From an uncultured Candidatus Saccharibacteria bacterium (lineage in GTDB: Bacteria; Patescibacteriota; Andersenbacteria; UBA10190): 64,000 nt of DNA. The stretch's first letter is position 1. Each line of letters starts with the position of its first letter. A program made the position numbers and the translations under genes. The notes under the pieces are model-generated. The model saw nothing but the letters and a program-made list of their open reading frames with translations, was not told where the DNA came from and did no database searches. Location: the NCBI GenBank assembly GCA_964371255.1, contig CAYJKV010000001.1, positions 163,140-227,139 on the forward strand, in the 5' to 3' direction. Positions 39,373-49,841 of the stretch are shown here, one piece after another.

Positions 39373-39630
39373 ATGGTTGAGGTAAAAAAACGTGATAATG
39401 AAAGCACGGATAATTTGTTGCGTCGTTTTAGTCGAAAGGTGCAACATAGTGGTGTTTTACTGCAAGCGCGTAAAATTAGATTTCATATTCGTAAGAAAGG
39501 AAGACGCAAGATGCGTGAGGATGCTATTCGGCGAGCGGGCCTAAAAGCGGAAAGGGATCGCCTGATTAAACTGGGAGAGATTGATGAGTTTGCGTATCCA
39601 CAACAAAAACAGCGGTATCCGAGACGTTAA
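39373..39630 (+). CDS. rpsU: 30S ribosomal protein S21
   Basis: MVEVKKRDNES.D.LLRRFSRKVQ.SG.L. Confidence 0.85.
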   Translation: MVEVKKRDNESTDNLLRRFSRKVQHSGVLLQARKIRFHIRKKGRRKMREDAIRRAGLKAERDRLIKLGEIDEFAYPQQKQRYPRR

Positions 39631-39908
39631 GAGGGTCGCAATGATTACAGCGTAGGCTGGTTTGGCCAGCCCTGGATTTGACAATGGCGGCAAGCGTTCA
39701 GACGACAAAAAGTTGGATAAGTAGTAAGGGTATTGATTAACTACACTGAAGGAGTGCTTGGTGTGATGTGTCTTATGGATTTCACGCGCTGCTGATCGTG
39801 GAAGTGCGGCAGGAGAGAAAATGATTATTAATTGCGGGTTGTGAGAGGGGTATAGTATAATTGCTTATATTAATAACAGGGAGAGGATAAGCAATAAAGT
39901 TTTATATT

Positions 39909-40967
39909 ATGACAGCCCAAGTGCCACCACCTAATTTACCTTTGTCATCAAGCGGTGATAATAAACCTGGTGGAGGGAGAGGCATGGAGCCAGGCAAGTT
40001 TGGACCAAAGCCGATGCCGCGGCCTACCGGTACGCCAGTAGTTCCCCAGGCGTCACCTGTACCGAGCAGCCGGCCACCTTTGCCTGCGCAGTTAATAAAA
40101 GAACAAGAGAAAAGTGTTCCAAATAATCCACCGGGCGGAGGGGTAGACGCACCGGATCCATTCATGACGGGTGGAACAGGTAAAACTGCTGTGCCGAGCA
40201 AACCGTTGGTAGACAGTGGACAGCAAGGGGCCGCAACTACACCAAGCGGAATAAAAGGAATCAGCGGGGCGGCTTGGCAGGGCGGTAACCCGAATATGCC
40301 GGATAGTTTTAGTGCCGTACCTCCTAGTATAGACGAAGCAAAACCGATTGCTCCGACTGCGTTTAGAGAACCAGAGATGCCGCGCAAAGGACGAAGGCGA
40401 GCGGCGTTAATCGTGGGTATAGTGGTGATTGTTATTATGCTGGCCGCGATTGGGTATGCTGCGGTAAGGTTTTTTATGGTTAATTTAGGGACAGCGGAAA
40501 ATTCAGAAACAACAACACCTCTAGCAGAAGAGACGGCGGAGGAAACACCGGACACGATACCTAGCGGCGAAGGAGACTTGTTACTGCCGACAGTACCCAC
40601 CGTTGAGCCCGCAACAACAGCATCACCGGGAGTGACTTTAATGCCAACAACCGGGACAGATGCAGAGGTGCTTGATACAGACCAAGATGGATTAACAGCG
40701 GCGGAAGAGAGGTTTTATGGTACGGATGTAAATAAGGCCGACACGGATGAAGACGGTTTTAATGATGGTGAAGAGATTCGCTCGGGCTACGATCCGCTGG
40801 GACCCGGAAAATTAGACTCGGACAATGATGGATTTGCGGATCCGGAAGAGAGAGAATTTGGGAGCGATCCTTTCAATCCTGACACCGATGGTGATGGTTA
40901 CAGCGATGGTGATGAGATACAGAACGGTTATAATCCGCTGATTCCTTCACCGGGCGATAAGTTATAG
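39909..40967 (+). CDS. Membrane protein with Pro-rich N-terminus and bacterial TSP3-like Ca-binding repeats
   Basis: Pro-rich region, single TM, repeats DTDQDGL..EE..YGTD...[17 protein letters not shown]. Confidence 0.8.
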   Translation: MTAQVPPPNLPLSSSGDNKPGGGRGMEPGKFGPKPMPRPTGTPVVPQASPVPSSRPPLPAQLIKEQEKSVPNNPPGGGVDAPDPFMTGGTGKTAVPSKPLVDSGQQGAATTPSGIKGISGAAWQGGNPNMPDSFSAVPPSIDEAKPIAPTAFREPEMPRKGRRRAALIVGIVVIVIMLAAIGYAAVRFFMVNLGTAENSETTTPLAEETAEETPDTIPSGEGDLLLPTVPTVEPATTASPGVTLMPTTGTDAEVLDTDQDGLTAAEERFYGTDVNKADTDEDGFNDGEEIRSGYDPLGPGKLDSDNDGFADPEEREFGSDPFNPDTDGDGYSDGDEIQNGYNPLIPSPGDKL

Positions 40968-41067
40968 GCTTGATAAGGCGATGAGCCTTGTTAATGAATA
41001 AAACACGGTTCAATTTTAAGTTGTTGGGTTGTTGTTAAAGTTTTGTTTATAGAAGGGGAGAACGCTT

Positions 41068-41487
41068 ATGCCAATAATAATTGCTGAGGATAATTTTATT
41101 TTAAGCCAAAGTGAAATTGATGCGATATGGCAAGCAGTACAGCGGGAATGCCGTACTCCGGATGACATAATTAGCTTCAAAAGTGTAGACGAGGCAGAAA
41201 TTAAGCGGTTGAATAATAAATATCGGCAGACGAATAAAGCGACCAATGTCCTGACTTTTTCGTATGGAGAAGGTGAGCATGATGTAGCTATTTGTTTAAC
41301 AGTAGCGGAAAGAGAAGCTCGGGATCGCAAAATGGATTTAAAGCCTTATGCGGCTTTATTGGTAACACATGCATTATTACACGCAGCGGGAGTGGATCAT
41401 GAAGCGTCAGTGGAAAAAGCAGAGACGATGGCAGGTTTGGAGGAAAAGATAGTAAGGGAACAAGGGTGGGGAGCAACGCATTTGTAA
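41068..41487 (+). CDS. ybeY: rRNA maturation endoribonuclease YbeY
   Basis: LN..YR....TNVLTF, HALLHAAGVDH (H3xH5xH). Confidence 0.9.
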   Translation: MPIIIAEDNFILSQSEIDAIWQAVQRECRTPDDIISFKSVDEAEIKRLNNKYRQTNKATNVLTFSYGEGEHDVAICLTVAEREARDRKMDLKPYAALLVTHALLHAAGVDHEASVEKAETMAGLEEKIVREQGWGATHL

Positions 41488-41546
41488 GAGGAAGAGGCGA
41501 AAAAAGAACATGATTGAAGGACTAACTTTGTGCTACTCTGTCATAT

Positions 41547-41960
41547 ATGAGTGATCAAAACAATGGGATGGAAAATTTTCCGACGGGATACCATAAGAGT
41601 CACGGGTTTGGCGAAGCGAGCAAGCATGCTTGGAACGGAGTGAAAACCGCCTTTGCCAGCGAGAGGAATTTAAAGTTGCAAATGGTTATTTATGTGATTA
41701 TTCTGGTCGTGGCTGTTCTGGTCGGATTGTCTTTTTTAGAAATCGCGATGATTATATTGACGGCCACGGTAGTAGTGGCTTTAGAAATGGTTAACACGGC
41801 AGTAGAGCATTTTGCTGATGTAGTGGAACCTCAATATAGCAAGGTGGTGGAGCGGATTAAGGACTTTACCGCTGGAGCAGTGCTTATTACGAGCATAGCA
41901 GCTGTTATTGTTGGTTTGTTGCTGATTGTTCCCCCGCTACTGTTACGTTTAGTCAATTAG
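41547..41960 (+). CDS. dgkA: Diacylglycerol/undecaprenol kinase (DgkA family)
   Basis: AWNG...ERN, EMVNTAVE...D, IKD..AGAVL. Confidence 0.9.
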   Translation: MSDQNNGMENFPTGYHKSHGFGEASKHAWNGVKTAFASERNLKLQMVIYVIILVVAVLVGLSFLEIAMIILTATVVVALEMVNTAVEHFADVVEPQYSKVVERIKDFTAGAVLITSIAAVIVGLLLIVPPLLLRLVN

Positions 41961-42046
41961 CGTGGTAAATATTGGAAGTAGATTTTATGCTTAGGGTGGA
42001 TGAGCGTACTGGGAGAAGGCAATTTATTTATTAATTGAATGATAGG

Positions 42047-43282
42047 ATGGCACAAGCGACACATATAACGGGCATTGATCTGGGATCATCGACGGTGCGG
42101 GTCGTTGTGGCGAAAGTTGAGAGTGGCAGTGATGTACCGACAATTCTGGGTGTTGGGAAAGCAGCCATGGAAGGAATGCAAAAGGGAGTGGTCAATGATG
42201 TGGACGATGCGGTAAAAAGCGTCAGCACCGCCCTGGATATGGCCGAAAGAGTGGCGGGTGTACCGATTGACCGGGCCTATGTGAGTATTAACGGCTCGCA
42301 TATATCCTCACAAAATTCACGGGGTGTAATCGCCGTGAGCAGGGCGGATGGAGAAATAACTGAAGAAGACGTGGATCGGGTGATTAATGCTGCACAGGCT
42401 GTGTCCTTGCCCAGCAATCGGGAGGTCTTACATGTTTTGCCCCAGAATTTTGTGGTAGATGGGCATGAGCACATTAAGGATCCGGTAGGAATGACGGCGG
42501 TCAGACTAGAGGTGGAAACGCATATGGTTGATGGCTCCACGCCTTTTATTAAAAACATTACTAAAGTTATTAACCAATCCGGAGTGCATATTGAGGATTT
42601 TGTATTTTCACCGCTGGCCGCGGCCACCGCTGTTTTGGATAAGAAACAGAAAGAATTGGGCGTCGTCCTGGTAGACTTGGGGGCAGGGACCAGCAGCCTA
42701 ATTGTTTATGAAGAGAATATGTTACTGGATACCGCTGTCTTACCACTTGGCTTCGCCCATGTGACCAATGACATCGCGATCGGCCTGAGAACTTCCATTG
42801 AAGTAGCGGAAGAGATTAAAAAACAGTACGGGACAGCATTGGCGGAGACGGTAAAAAAATCGGAGTCAATCATGATCGACTCAGACAGTGAACAAGATTC
42901 GGTTTCCCGCAAAGAAGTGGCGGACATAATTAGTGCGCGACTGGATGAAATTTACTCGTTTGTCGATAAGGAGCTGAAGAGTATCGGACGATCTGGTTTA
43001 TTACCGGCGGGTGTCATCTTTACGGGAGGAGGAGCCAGTCTGCCCGGAGTAGTAGAATTGGCAAAAAGTAAACTGCGTTTGCCAGCGAGAGTCGGGATGA
43101 TCAGACCGTTAGAGGGCTTGAGTGAGCAGGTTGGCGACCCAGCTTACGCGGTAGTGGTTGGATTGGTGTTGTGGGCAATGGAGCAGGAAAAATCAACGCA
43201 TCGCCGATCAAAATTACACGTACCGGATATGAGGGTGACTGTGAGCCGAGTGCGCAGCTGGTTAAAGTCGTTCATGCCATAG
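42047..43282 (+). CDS. ftsA: Cell division protein FtsA
   Basis: GIDLGSS, VLVDLGAGT, HVTNDIAIGLRT, GVIFTGGG; upstream of ftsZ. Confidence 0.97.
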   Translation: MAQATHITGIDLGSSTVRVVVAKVESGSDVPTILGVGKAAMEGMQKGVVNDVDDAVKSVSTALDMAERVAGVPIDRAYVSINGSHISSQNSRGVIAVSRADGEITEEDVDRVINAAQAVSLPSNREVLHVLPQNFVVDGHEHIKDPVGMTAVRLEVETHMVDGSTPFIKNITKVINQSGVHIEDFVFSPLAAATAVLDKKQKELGVVLVDLGAGTSSLIVYEENMLLDTAVLPLGFAHVTNDIAIGLRTSIEVAEEIKKQYGTALAETVKKSESIMIDSDSEQDSVSRKEVADIISARLDEIYSFVDKELKSIGRSGLLPAGVIFTGGGASLPGVVELAKSKLRLPARVGMIRPLEGLSEQVGDPAYAVVVGLVLWAMEQEKSTHRRSKLHVPDMRVTVSRVRSWLKSFMP

Positions 43283-43500
43283 CGCGAAGTTAGAAAAATT
43301 TAGTTAAAATAGTTTTATGTACACAATATGTGTGCATATTGTTTATTGACATAGTTTAATGATGCTTTACTCTGTTCTTGATGAGCACGGTTTGCGCAAA
43401 TATGAAAAATATCAGTGATAGCGACCGGGATATTTGCGATCAGGAAGTTTTTAGGAATTATTAACCAGTCAGTATATTAATAAATTTGACTAAAGATTAG

Positions 43501-44736
43501 ATGCCCTTAAAGAAACCGACAATCGAGAACGTGGCCAACATTAAGGTCGTTGGCGTGGGCGGGTCCGGTAACGCAGCCTTGAACCGCATGATGGAAGCAA
43601 AAATCAAAGGCGTAGAGTTTGTGGCAGTTAATACTGACGCGCAGGCTTTGCACTATTCAGGCGCACCGACCAAATTGCATATCGGACAGAACCTAACGAG
43701 GGGCCTCGGAGCTGGGATGAATCCATCTATTGGTCAGCAAGCGGCGGAAGAGAGTCGAGAAGAGATACACGAAGTTTTGAAGGGTTCAGATATGGTGTTC
43801 GTAACGTGCGGTTTCGGCGGCGGCACCGGCTCCGGGGCAGGACCATTGATCTGTGAAATTGCTAAAGAGACGGGAGCGTTGACGGTAGCAGTGGTAACCA
43901 AACCGTTTTCTTTTGAGGGACAGCAGCGGATGACGTTGGCGGAGGAAGCGATCGCTGAACTAAATGACCGAGTGGACGCCTCGGTAATCATTCCCAATGA
44001 CCGATTGCTGCAGATTATAGACAAAAAGACCAGTTTGCTAGATGCGTTTAAAGTGGTGGATGACGTGCTGCGGCAGGGTGTACAAGGTATTTCGGACTTA
44101 ATAACACAGCACGGTATGGTTAATGTCGACTTTGCGGATATCAGGGCTATCGTGCAGGATGCAGGATCAGCCTTGATGGGCATCGGCCGAGCGACAGGGG
44201 AGAACCGGGCGGTAGAAGCGGCTCGGGCGTCGATAGCCAGTCCAATGATGGATGTAACAATAGATGGGGCGCGAGGGATTGTATTTAATATAACAGCGGG
44301 CAATGATTTGCGGATGTTTGAAGTGGAGGAAGCGGCGCGAGTCATAACCGAGAATGCCGATCCGAACGCGAAAGTAATCTTTGGGGCGGTGATTGACTCA
44401 GAACAAGTAGAAGAAGGAGAAATCAAGATTACGGTCGTGGCGACCGGGTTTGAAAAGCCAGAGATAGTCAGGCAGCAGCGAGAAAGGTATAGTGGTTCGG
44501 TGCAGTTTACGCCACCGGCCGGGATGGGCCAGGCCAGGCCGACTGCGCCTTTGAGCCGTCCAATGGAGCCTTTGCCGCCGCCAGCAACTGAGGCCCATAC
44601 CATCATCTATCCAAGAGCAGCGGAACCAATGCCGCAGGATCGTCGGGTTGAAGAAGAAGACTTGGATGTTCCGACTTTTATCCGCCGGAAGATGCGGGAG
44701 CAAAAGGAATCGAGGAGCCGAGGGGAAGAAGTGTAA
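43501..44736 (+). CDS. ftsZ: Cell division protein FtsZ
   Basis: VVGVGG, NTDAQAL, GGGTGSG, VNVDFAD, C-terminal LDVPTFIRR. Confidence 0.98.
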   Translation: MPLKKPTIENVANIKVVGVGGSGNAALNRMMEAKIKGVEFVAVNTDAQALHYSGAPTKLHIGQNLTRGLGAGMNPSIGQQAAEESREEIHEVLKGSDMVFVTCGFGGGTGSGAGPLICEIAKETGALTVAVVTKPFSFEGQQRMTLAEEAIAELNDRVDASVIIPNDRLLQIIDKKTSLLDAFKVVDDVLRQGVQGISDLITQHGMVNVDFADIRAIVQDAGSALMGIGRATGENRAVEAARASIASPMMDVTIDGARGIVFNITAGNDLRMFEVEEAARVITENADPNAKVIFGAVIDSEQVEEGEIKITVVATGFEKPEIVRQQRERYSGSVQFTPPAGMGQARPTAPLSRPMEPLPPPATEAHTIIYPRAAEPMPQDRRVEEEDLDVPTFIRRKMREQKESRSRGEEV

Positions 44737-44977
44737 GAGAGACTTGCGGACGCAAAGCTTGAGAGTCGCGCCGGGCGCGGCTTTTTGTATTAAAGAAAAA
44801 ACGTATTGGTAAAACACCAAGAGCCAGCCTTAGTCTTTCAACTTCGATCAGGGCTTCGGACGACAAGTTAGCCGGTAGGCCTGTCTATCGGTAGGCCAAG
44901 TTATTGTTTCACTCAAAATGCGCGGCTCCGCAAAATCGCTTTGCGATCAAGAAGCACGTTTATTTTGGCGAAATAAT

Positions 44978-45009
44978 AAAAAACCGCTAAGGCTGAGAGC
45001 ATTAGCGGT
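44978..45009 (-). terminator. Rho-independent terminator of the 45048 gene
   Basis: Minus strand ACCGCTAA-loop-TTAGCGGT followed by a T run. Confidence 0.55.
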
Positions 45010-45047
45010 GCAGGTTTTGGAAAGACTCAATGGTTTGCCGTCAAGAC

Positions 45048-45911
45048 CTAAGCAGTTTGCAAGTGAAACAGACGCTTAGCGACAATCTCGTAGTTGATGA
45101 CGCCAAAGGCAGCACCGAGAAGGCCACCGAAGATTATCACGAGTCCTGCGTCAAGAAATGAGCCGATGTAGGAATGGAGCAGGAGCAAGGATAGCAGGCC
45201 GCCGAGTGTTCCGTCGATGGCGCACAGTATGCGTTCGTGGCAGTGGACAAATTTGAAAGTAAGCCAGAGAGGGCGGAGGATACCGAAGAAACAAATGCCA
45301 GCCAATAAAACTATAGCTACTGTAGGTATGACCAGAAAAAGTCCCTCTAACAGCCAACGCAGAACGTTAAGGTAGGTTACCGGTTTTTCTTTAAATCCAC
45401 CCGCTTTCAGCAGGTAGGGACTGAGAGCCATCAGTCTGGTACGCCAGAAAGATGTTTCGACAAAATGCGCACCCAGTGCGGCCAAACCGTATATGATGGT
45501 ACAACACATTACACCATAAAAGGTGCAAAGAACTGCTGCAGCGAACCACTGCTCTGCATCCCACGAATCGGGTAATATTCTCAAGTGTAGAAGTGGAGAA
45601 AAAGTGGCTAAATCTAGCAAAATGCCGAAACATAAAAAGGGGTGGGGTTTCCTGAACCAAGCCCACATTTCGGCAAGCACGCACCCACTAACTCCTAGAA
45701 AAGTGTGCCAGCATACTGGTGCTTCCTGATAGGCTTTTCGCCAGGCTTGGGGGATGGCAGCTAGCACATCGCGCAAATCATAACAAAGATACCCAGCGGC
45801 CATACCAGCTAAAATGGCTATGCCCCATAAGTGCGGAGAGACCAAGAGAGCCAGACTGACACACAGAATACCTCCCATAAAACAAGCCACTGCAATTTTT
45901 TTTGTTTCCAT
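45048..45911 (-). CDS. Hypothetical polytopic membrane protein
   Basis: Many hydrophobic segments; likely start METKKIAVACF with GGGAG upstream. Confidence 0.6.
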   Translation of the reverse strand: METKKIAVACFMGGILCVSLALLVSPHLWGIAILAGMAAGYLCYDLRDVLAAIPQAWRKAYQEAPVCWHTFLGVSGCVLAEMWAWFRKPHPFLCFGILLDLATFSPLLHLRILPDSWDAEQWFAAAVLCTFYGVMCCTIIYGLAALGAHFVETSFWRTRLMALSPYLLKAGGFKEKPVTYLNVLRWLLEGLFLVIPTVAIVLLAGICFFGILRPLWLTFKFVHCHERILCAIDGTLGGLLSLLLLHSYIGSFLDAGLVIIFGGLLGAAFGVINYEIVAKRLFHLQTA

Positions 45912-46068
45912 TGACAAACTCCCGGGAAAAGTGAAAAGAGCTGACCGAAAAAGCACTTACATAGAGGTACGCTATTATTTAATAAAAATCAAGAAAGGTT
46001 TATGGATGCAGATGACGAGTGCTTTGAGAGGCTTGTCTGAAGCGGAACGGATTATTTATGCTGTGTAT

Positions 46069-47520
46069 GTGCGCAAGTTTTTGTTGTTATTAGTTATCGC
46101 GTGGGTGCTAGGGATAGCTGCTGGTGTGGCCGAGGAGGGTAGTTGGTGGTTGATGGCACTCGGAATAGGCATAATCGGAGCAGCTATAAAAAATAAAGAA
46201 CGATGGACGTTAGTAACGGCCATGATTTTATTGCTCGCGTTAGGATGGGTGGATGGATGGGGACAGGGACATAAATCGGTTGCGGCGTGTGAAAACGTTG
46301 AGAATAGGGCCGCTACCGTAGTAAATCGACCAGAAAGTTTGGAGAGACAGGTACGGTTTATCGCACAAATTGATGACTGCCGAATATTGGTGTCAGTGTC
46401 GCCGTGGCTCAGCGTCGGTCAAAATGACCAAGTGGTTATTACCGGTGGAAAAAAGCAATCGCTGGAAGAGGTAAAAGAATTCTCGGTCGGGTATGCGAAG
46501 TACTTAAGCCGGCGGGGGATCAGTGCGACCTGGTTTTTTCCGGACGTGGAAATTGTGAAAGTGAACAACTTAGGCGGTTGGTGGTCTTGGGGTAACACAC
46601 AAAATTTGTCCAATACATTTCAGGATCGAATACAGATACTCTTCGTGGAGCCGGACGCGAGTCTGGTGATGGGTATGCTGCTGGCGCAAAAAGGGACAAT
46701 CCCAAAAGAAATAACGCAGCAATTCCAGGCGACGGGCGTGAGCCACATACTGGCTATCTCCGGCATGAATATCTCGATTATTGCTGGAATTATCTATTTT
46801 TTAATCGCGCCGCTGCCGCTACGGAAATGGACGCAAACCGGACTGATGCTGACAGTACTATGGCTATACATAGTTTTTATCGGAGCGCCGGTGTCAGTGG
46901 TGCGAGCCGGGTCATTTATAACAGTGGCTATGGTGTTGCTGAGGTTAAGTAAATTAGTCAGTTTGCCTACGGCGTTGATAATAACTGTCGTAGTCACTGC
47001 GACAGCGGATCCATTAGTGCTGCTGGACGTGGGTTGGCAGTTATCGGTGGGAGCAGTAGTTGGGATTTTCTTAATATTGTTTGTTACTAAACAAACCCAA
47101 CCGCGACTCAGTAAAGGTGGGATTGGAATCTGGTTGTATAACCTTGTAATAGTATCGCTAGGCGCGTCACTGGCAACCTGGCCCTTGATTATGTATCACT
47201 TTGGAAACGTGTCCTTAGTGAGCTTGCTCGCTAATCTACTAGTAGTACCAGTAGTTTCGTTTATTTTGATTTTGGCGCCCGCCAGCATTGCTCTCTCTTG
47301 GGCATGGATGGGGGGAGGATTAATTCTGGGGGCAGTAAATCACTGGTGTATCAGCTGGCTGGTCGATATAACCGGGATGTTGTCGCAATGGCCGGGGATG
47401 TATTGGACGGAACTGGGGATACAGGCTTGGCTGGTGTGGGTATATTGGATAGGGTTGATGGGACTAATCCATTTTATATTGCGGCGGCAGAATAGATCAT
47501 GGCGGGAAGTGTGGGCGTAG
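46069..47520 (+). CDS. comEC: ComEC/Rec2 competence protein, membrane domain
   Basis: TGVSHILAISGMNI, SVVRA, DVGWQLS, ANLLVVP; GTG start 6 nt after TATGCT. Confidence 0.9.
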   Translation: MRKFLLLLVIAWVLGIAAGVAEEGSWWLMALGIGIIGAAIKNKERWTLVTAMILLLALGWVDGWGQGHKSVAACENVENRAATVVNRPESLERQVRFIAQIDDCRILVSVSPWLSVGQNDQVVITGGKKQSLEEVKEFSVGYAKYLSRRGISATWFFPDVEIVKVNNLGGWWSWGNTQNLSNTFQDRIQILFVEPDASLVMGMLLAQKGTIPKEITQQFQATGVSHILAISGMNISIIAGIIYFLIAPLPLRKWTQTGLMLTVLWLYIVFIGAPVSVVRAGSFITVAMVLLRLSKLVSLPTALIITVVVTATADPLVLLDVGWQLSVGAVVGIFLILFVTKQTQPRLSKGGIGIWLYNLVIVSLGASLATWPLIMYHFGNVSLVSLLANLLVVPVVSFILILAPASIALSWAWMGGGLILGAVNHWCISWLVDITGMLSQWPGMYWTELGIQAWLVWVYWIGLMGLIHFILRRQNRSWREVWA

Positions 47521-47544
47521 TGTGGTATTTTTTGATATAGCGCT

Positions 47545-48393
47545 ATGAAAACGTTATTGATCGGCCTGGCTATATTCACCTTTTTTGCTTGGGAATTACC
47601 GTCGGCGGGCACAGAACAAAAGGTGGTGTTTTTAGATGTCGGACAAGGTGATTCGATTTTAATGCAGGATGGCAGTAATCAAATATTACTGGATGGGGGC
47701 CCTGGAATGAAGGTGCTGGAGGAACTGGGAAAACAAATGAGTTGGTTCGATAGACGGATTGAGGTGGTAATACTATCACATCCGCAAGAAGATCATATGG
47801 AGGGATTGCTGCATGTCATTGACAGATATCAGGTGGGTTTGGTGGTAATACCAAAAGTGGCGACAGATACGTTGATGCAGCAGGAGTGGATAAAAAAGAT
47901 TGAAGGACACAGGGTGCCATGGCGGTTTGCTTGGGCAGGACAGAGGATCACGGCGGGGGATATTGAGTTAAATATTCTTCATCCGTTTGATGGCGAAGTT
48001 GCGGCCAAGAATGTTAATGATGCGTCAGTGGTCGCGCGGGTTGATTTTGGAAAAAAAGATACCGAAGGAAGGAGACTGTCCTTTCTTTTAACGGGGGACG
48101 CAGAGAAGAAAGTGGAGAATATGCTGATAGCGCGTACCGACCCTAGTTTACTGGATGTAGATGTGTTAAAGGCTGGTCATCATGGCAGCAAAACTTCGAC
48201 GATACCGGCGATGGTTAACGTGACGACGCCACAGGCAGCGGTTGTTTCGGTCGGGGCGGACAATAAATTCGGGCATCCGGCAATGGAGGTGTTGGATAGA
48301 TTAAAGAATATACCGGTTTGGCGGACGGACATAGACGGAGCGGTGGAGTTTTTTTGGAGTAAGGGGGAGTGGAGAGTGAGGACAGGAAATTAA
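47545..48393 (+). CDS. ComEC-type metallo-beta-lactamase-fold protein (separate gene)
   Basis: FLDVGQGDS, LSHPQEDHMEG, NDASVV, LLTGDAE, LKAGHHGSKTS, NKFGHP. Confidence 0.9.
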   Translation: MKTLLIGLAIFTFFAWELPSAGTEQKVVFLDVGQGDSILMQDGSNQILLDGGPGMKVLEELGKQMSWFDRRIEVVILSHPQEDHMEGLLHVIDRYQVGLVVIPKVATDTLMQQEWIKKIEGHRVPWRFAWAGQRITAGDIELNILHPFDGEVAAKNVNDASVVARVDFGKKDTEGRRLSFLLTGDAEKKVENMLIARTDPSLLDVDVLKAGHHGSKTSTIPAMVNVTTPQAAVVSVGADNKFGHPAMEVLDRLKNIPVWRTDIDGAVEFFWSKGEWRVRTGN

Positions 48394-48449
48394 TTTTCAA
48401 TTTCTAATTTTCAATTTTCAAATAATTCTCAAGGCAACAATTTTCAAAC
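48391..48449 (+). repeat. TTTTCAA-type short-period repeat tract
   Basis: taattttcaatttctaattttcaattttcaaataattctcaaggcaacaattttcaaac. Confidence 0.65.
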
Positions 48450-48663
48450 GTGAGATTAAAACGCAAAGCGAAAAACAACAGAGAAAAACTAAAAGAAGCC
48501 AAACGCTTGCACGGAATAGTGGGTTGAGATATCAACAAGGGGTTCTTTGGGTGTGCGATCTATGGTTTGTCGTTATGACATAAGGAGCACTGCACACTAG
48601 GAGTGGGATGAGGAGGCTTGTGTCTCTATGACGTTATTCATCGTGTCCCGCTCTTTTTATTTT

Positions 48664-48692
48664 CCCATGTCCACACCTGGTGTGGACATGGG
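48664..48692. repeat. REP-like hairpin copy 2 (CCCATGTCCACAC-CTG-GTGTGGACATGGG)
   Basis: 13-bp perfect arms, same 29-bp length as the 11108 copy. Confidence 0.75.
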
Positions 48693-48699
48693 GTAGTTG

Positions 48700-49044
48700 T
48701 TAGTAGTGAGGGCCGACGGGTATGCCGGAATGTTTTTCCAAAATTTGGATTCTGGTTTCGTGGTCCGGGATCAGCTGCTCTTTGATTAGCGAGATTTCGT
48801 CATGGTTGGCTCCGGCCACATCCTGGTGAATGTTTTCGGCCAAGGCTTTGAACTCATGAATGATTTCTTCCTTCATGGTGTCAATCTTAGCGTCAATTTC
48901 AGTGAATCTTTCGTCTATTTTAGTGAACCTTTCATTAACCTCGGTAAATCCTTTTTGTGTGGCGGCGGCGAGTTCGTCTACGGCCAGGCGGATATCCTTT
49001 TTTGTGGCTGGGTCGGCCGTGTGATGTTGTTTTGATCGGGGCAT
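48700..49044 (-). CDS. Small coiled-coil hypothetical protein
   Basis: ATKKDI...LAAATQKGFTEVNERFTKIDERFTEIDAKI heptads, C-terminal HETRIQILE. Confidence 0.65.
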   Translation of the reverse strand: MPRSKQHHTADPATKKDIRLAVDELAAATQKGFTEVNERFTKIDERFTEIDAKIDTMKEEIIHEFKALAENIHQDVAGANHDEISLIKEQLIPDHETRIQILEKHSGIPVGPHY

Positions 49045-49175
49045 GCGATTAGTGTGCCAGTTACAGCAAAAGCAGGCAATGTTTTTGCTGAAGGAAGAAT
49101 AGATTACAATAATAGTTGAAATGTTTAAGAATTTAAGGTACTGATTACTCATTAATATTTTTAACAACAAATGTG

Positions 49176-49757
49176 ATGATTGAAAGAACATTGGCGATTA
49201 TAAAACCAGATGGAATACAAAGAGGATTGATGGGAGAAATAGTCGGCCGGTTTGAGAAAGCAGGCTTGAAGATCGTGGGGATGAAATTGGTTTGGCCAGA
49301 CAAGAAACTGGTCGGAGAACACTATGCTGATGATAAAGAATATTTAACTGGGGTAGGAGAGAGGGCGCTGGCAAATGCCCGGGAAAAAGGGGTTGAGATG
49401 AAAAAGACGGCACTAGAAATTGGCCAACGTGTTCGGGAGAGCAATATGAGATACATATCGACAGGTCCCGTACTGGCTTTTGTGCTGGAAGGAAACACAG
49501 CAGTGCAGTCGGTGCGGAATATGGTCGGCGGGACGAATCCACTGACGGCGGATATAGGGACGATTCGAGGGGACTTGACTATCGATGATTTTATGCAATC
49601 GGATACCGAGAACCGTTCGGTGCGAAATCTTATGCATGCGTCAGGGAATGTGGCGGAAGCGGAACGTGAGATACCCTTATGGTTTATGGAGAGCGAGTTG
49701 TATGAGTATCAGACCGTCATGGATAAGGTGCTGCATGATCCGAGCTGGGGAGCGTAG
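49176..49757 (+). CDS. ndk: Nucleoside diphosphate kinase
   Basis: ERTLAIIKPDG, GTIRGD, RNLMHAS. Confidence 0.95.
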   Translation: MIERTLAIIKPDGIQRGLMGEIVGRFEKAGLKIVGMKLVWPDKKLVGEHYADDKEYLTGVGERALANAREKGVEMKKTALEIGQRVRESNMRYISTGPVLAFVLEGNTAVQSVRNMVGGTNPLTADIGTIRGDLTIDDFMQSDTENRSVRNLMHASGNVAEAEREIPLWFMESELYEYQTVMDKVLHDPSWGA

Positions 49758-49761
49758 ACAA

Positions 49762-49841
49762 TAATTTTCAATTTCCAATTTTTCCCTAAGGGATCCCTTC
49801 AGGACAATTTTCAAAGAAAAACCAAGAAGAGAACTTTCAAA
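49762..49841 (+). repeat. TTTTCAA-type tract with embedded TCCCTAAGGGATCCCTTCAGGA palindrome
   Basis: Palindrome at 49783-49804 interrupts attttcaatttccaattt...caattttcaa. Confidence 0.7.

Noticed and set aside
43734-44606. 290-aa minus-strand ORF (likewise 39902-40600 and 63542-63970)
   Set aside because: Antisense shadows of ftsZ, the TSP3-repeat gene and fusA.
45814-46068. Long N-terminal extension of ComEC in the ORF track (similar upstream extensions on the 11050, 12032, 49191 and 61373 starts)
   Set aside because: They overlap other genes or promoters and are not protein-like; downstream starts fit -10 or SD signals better.
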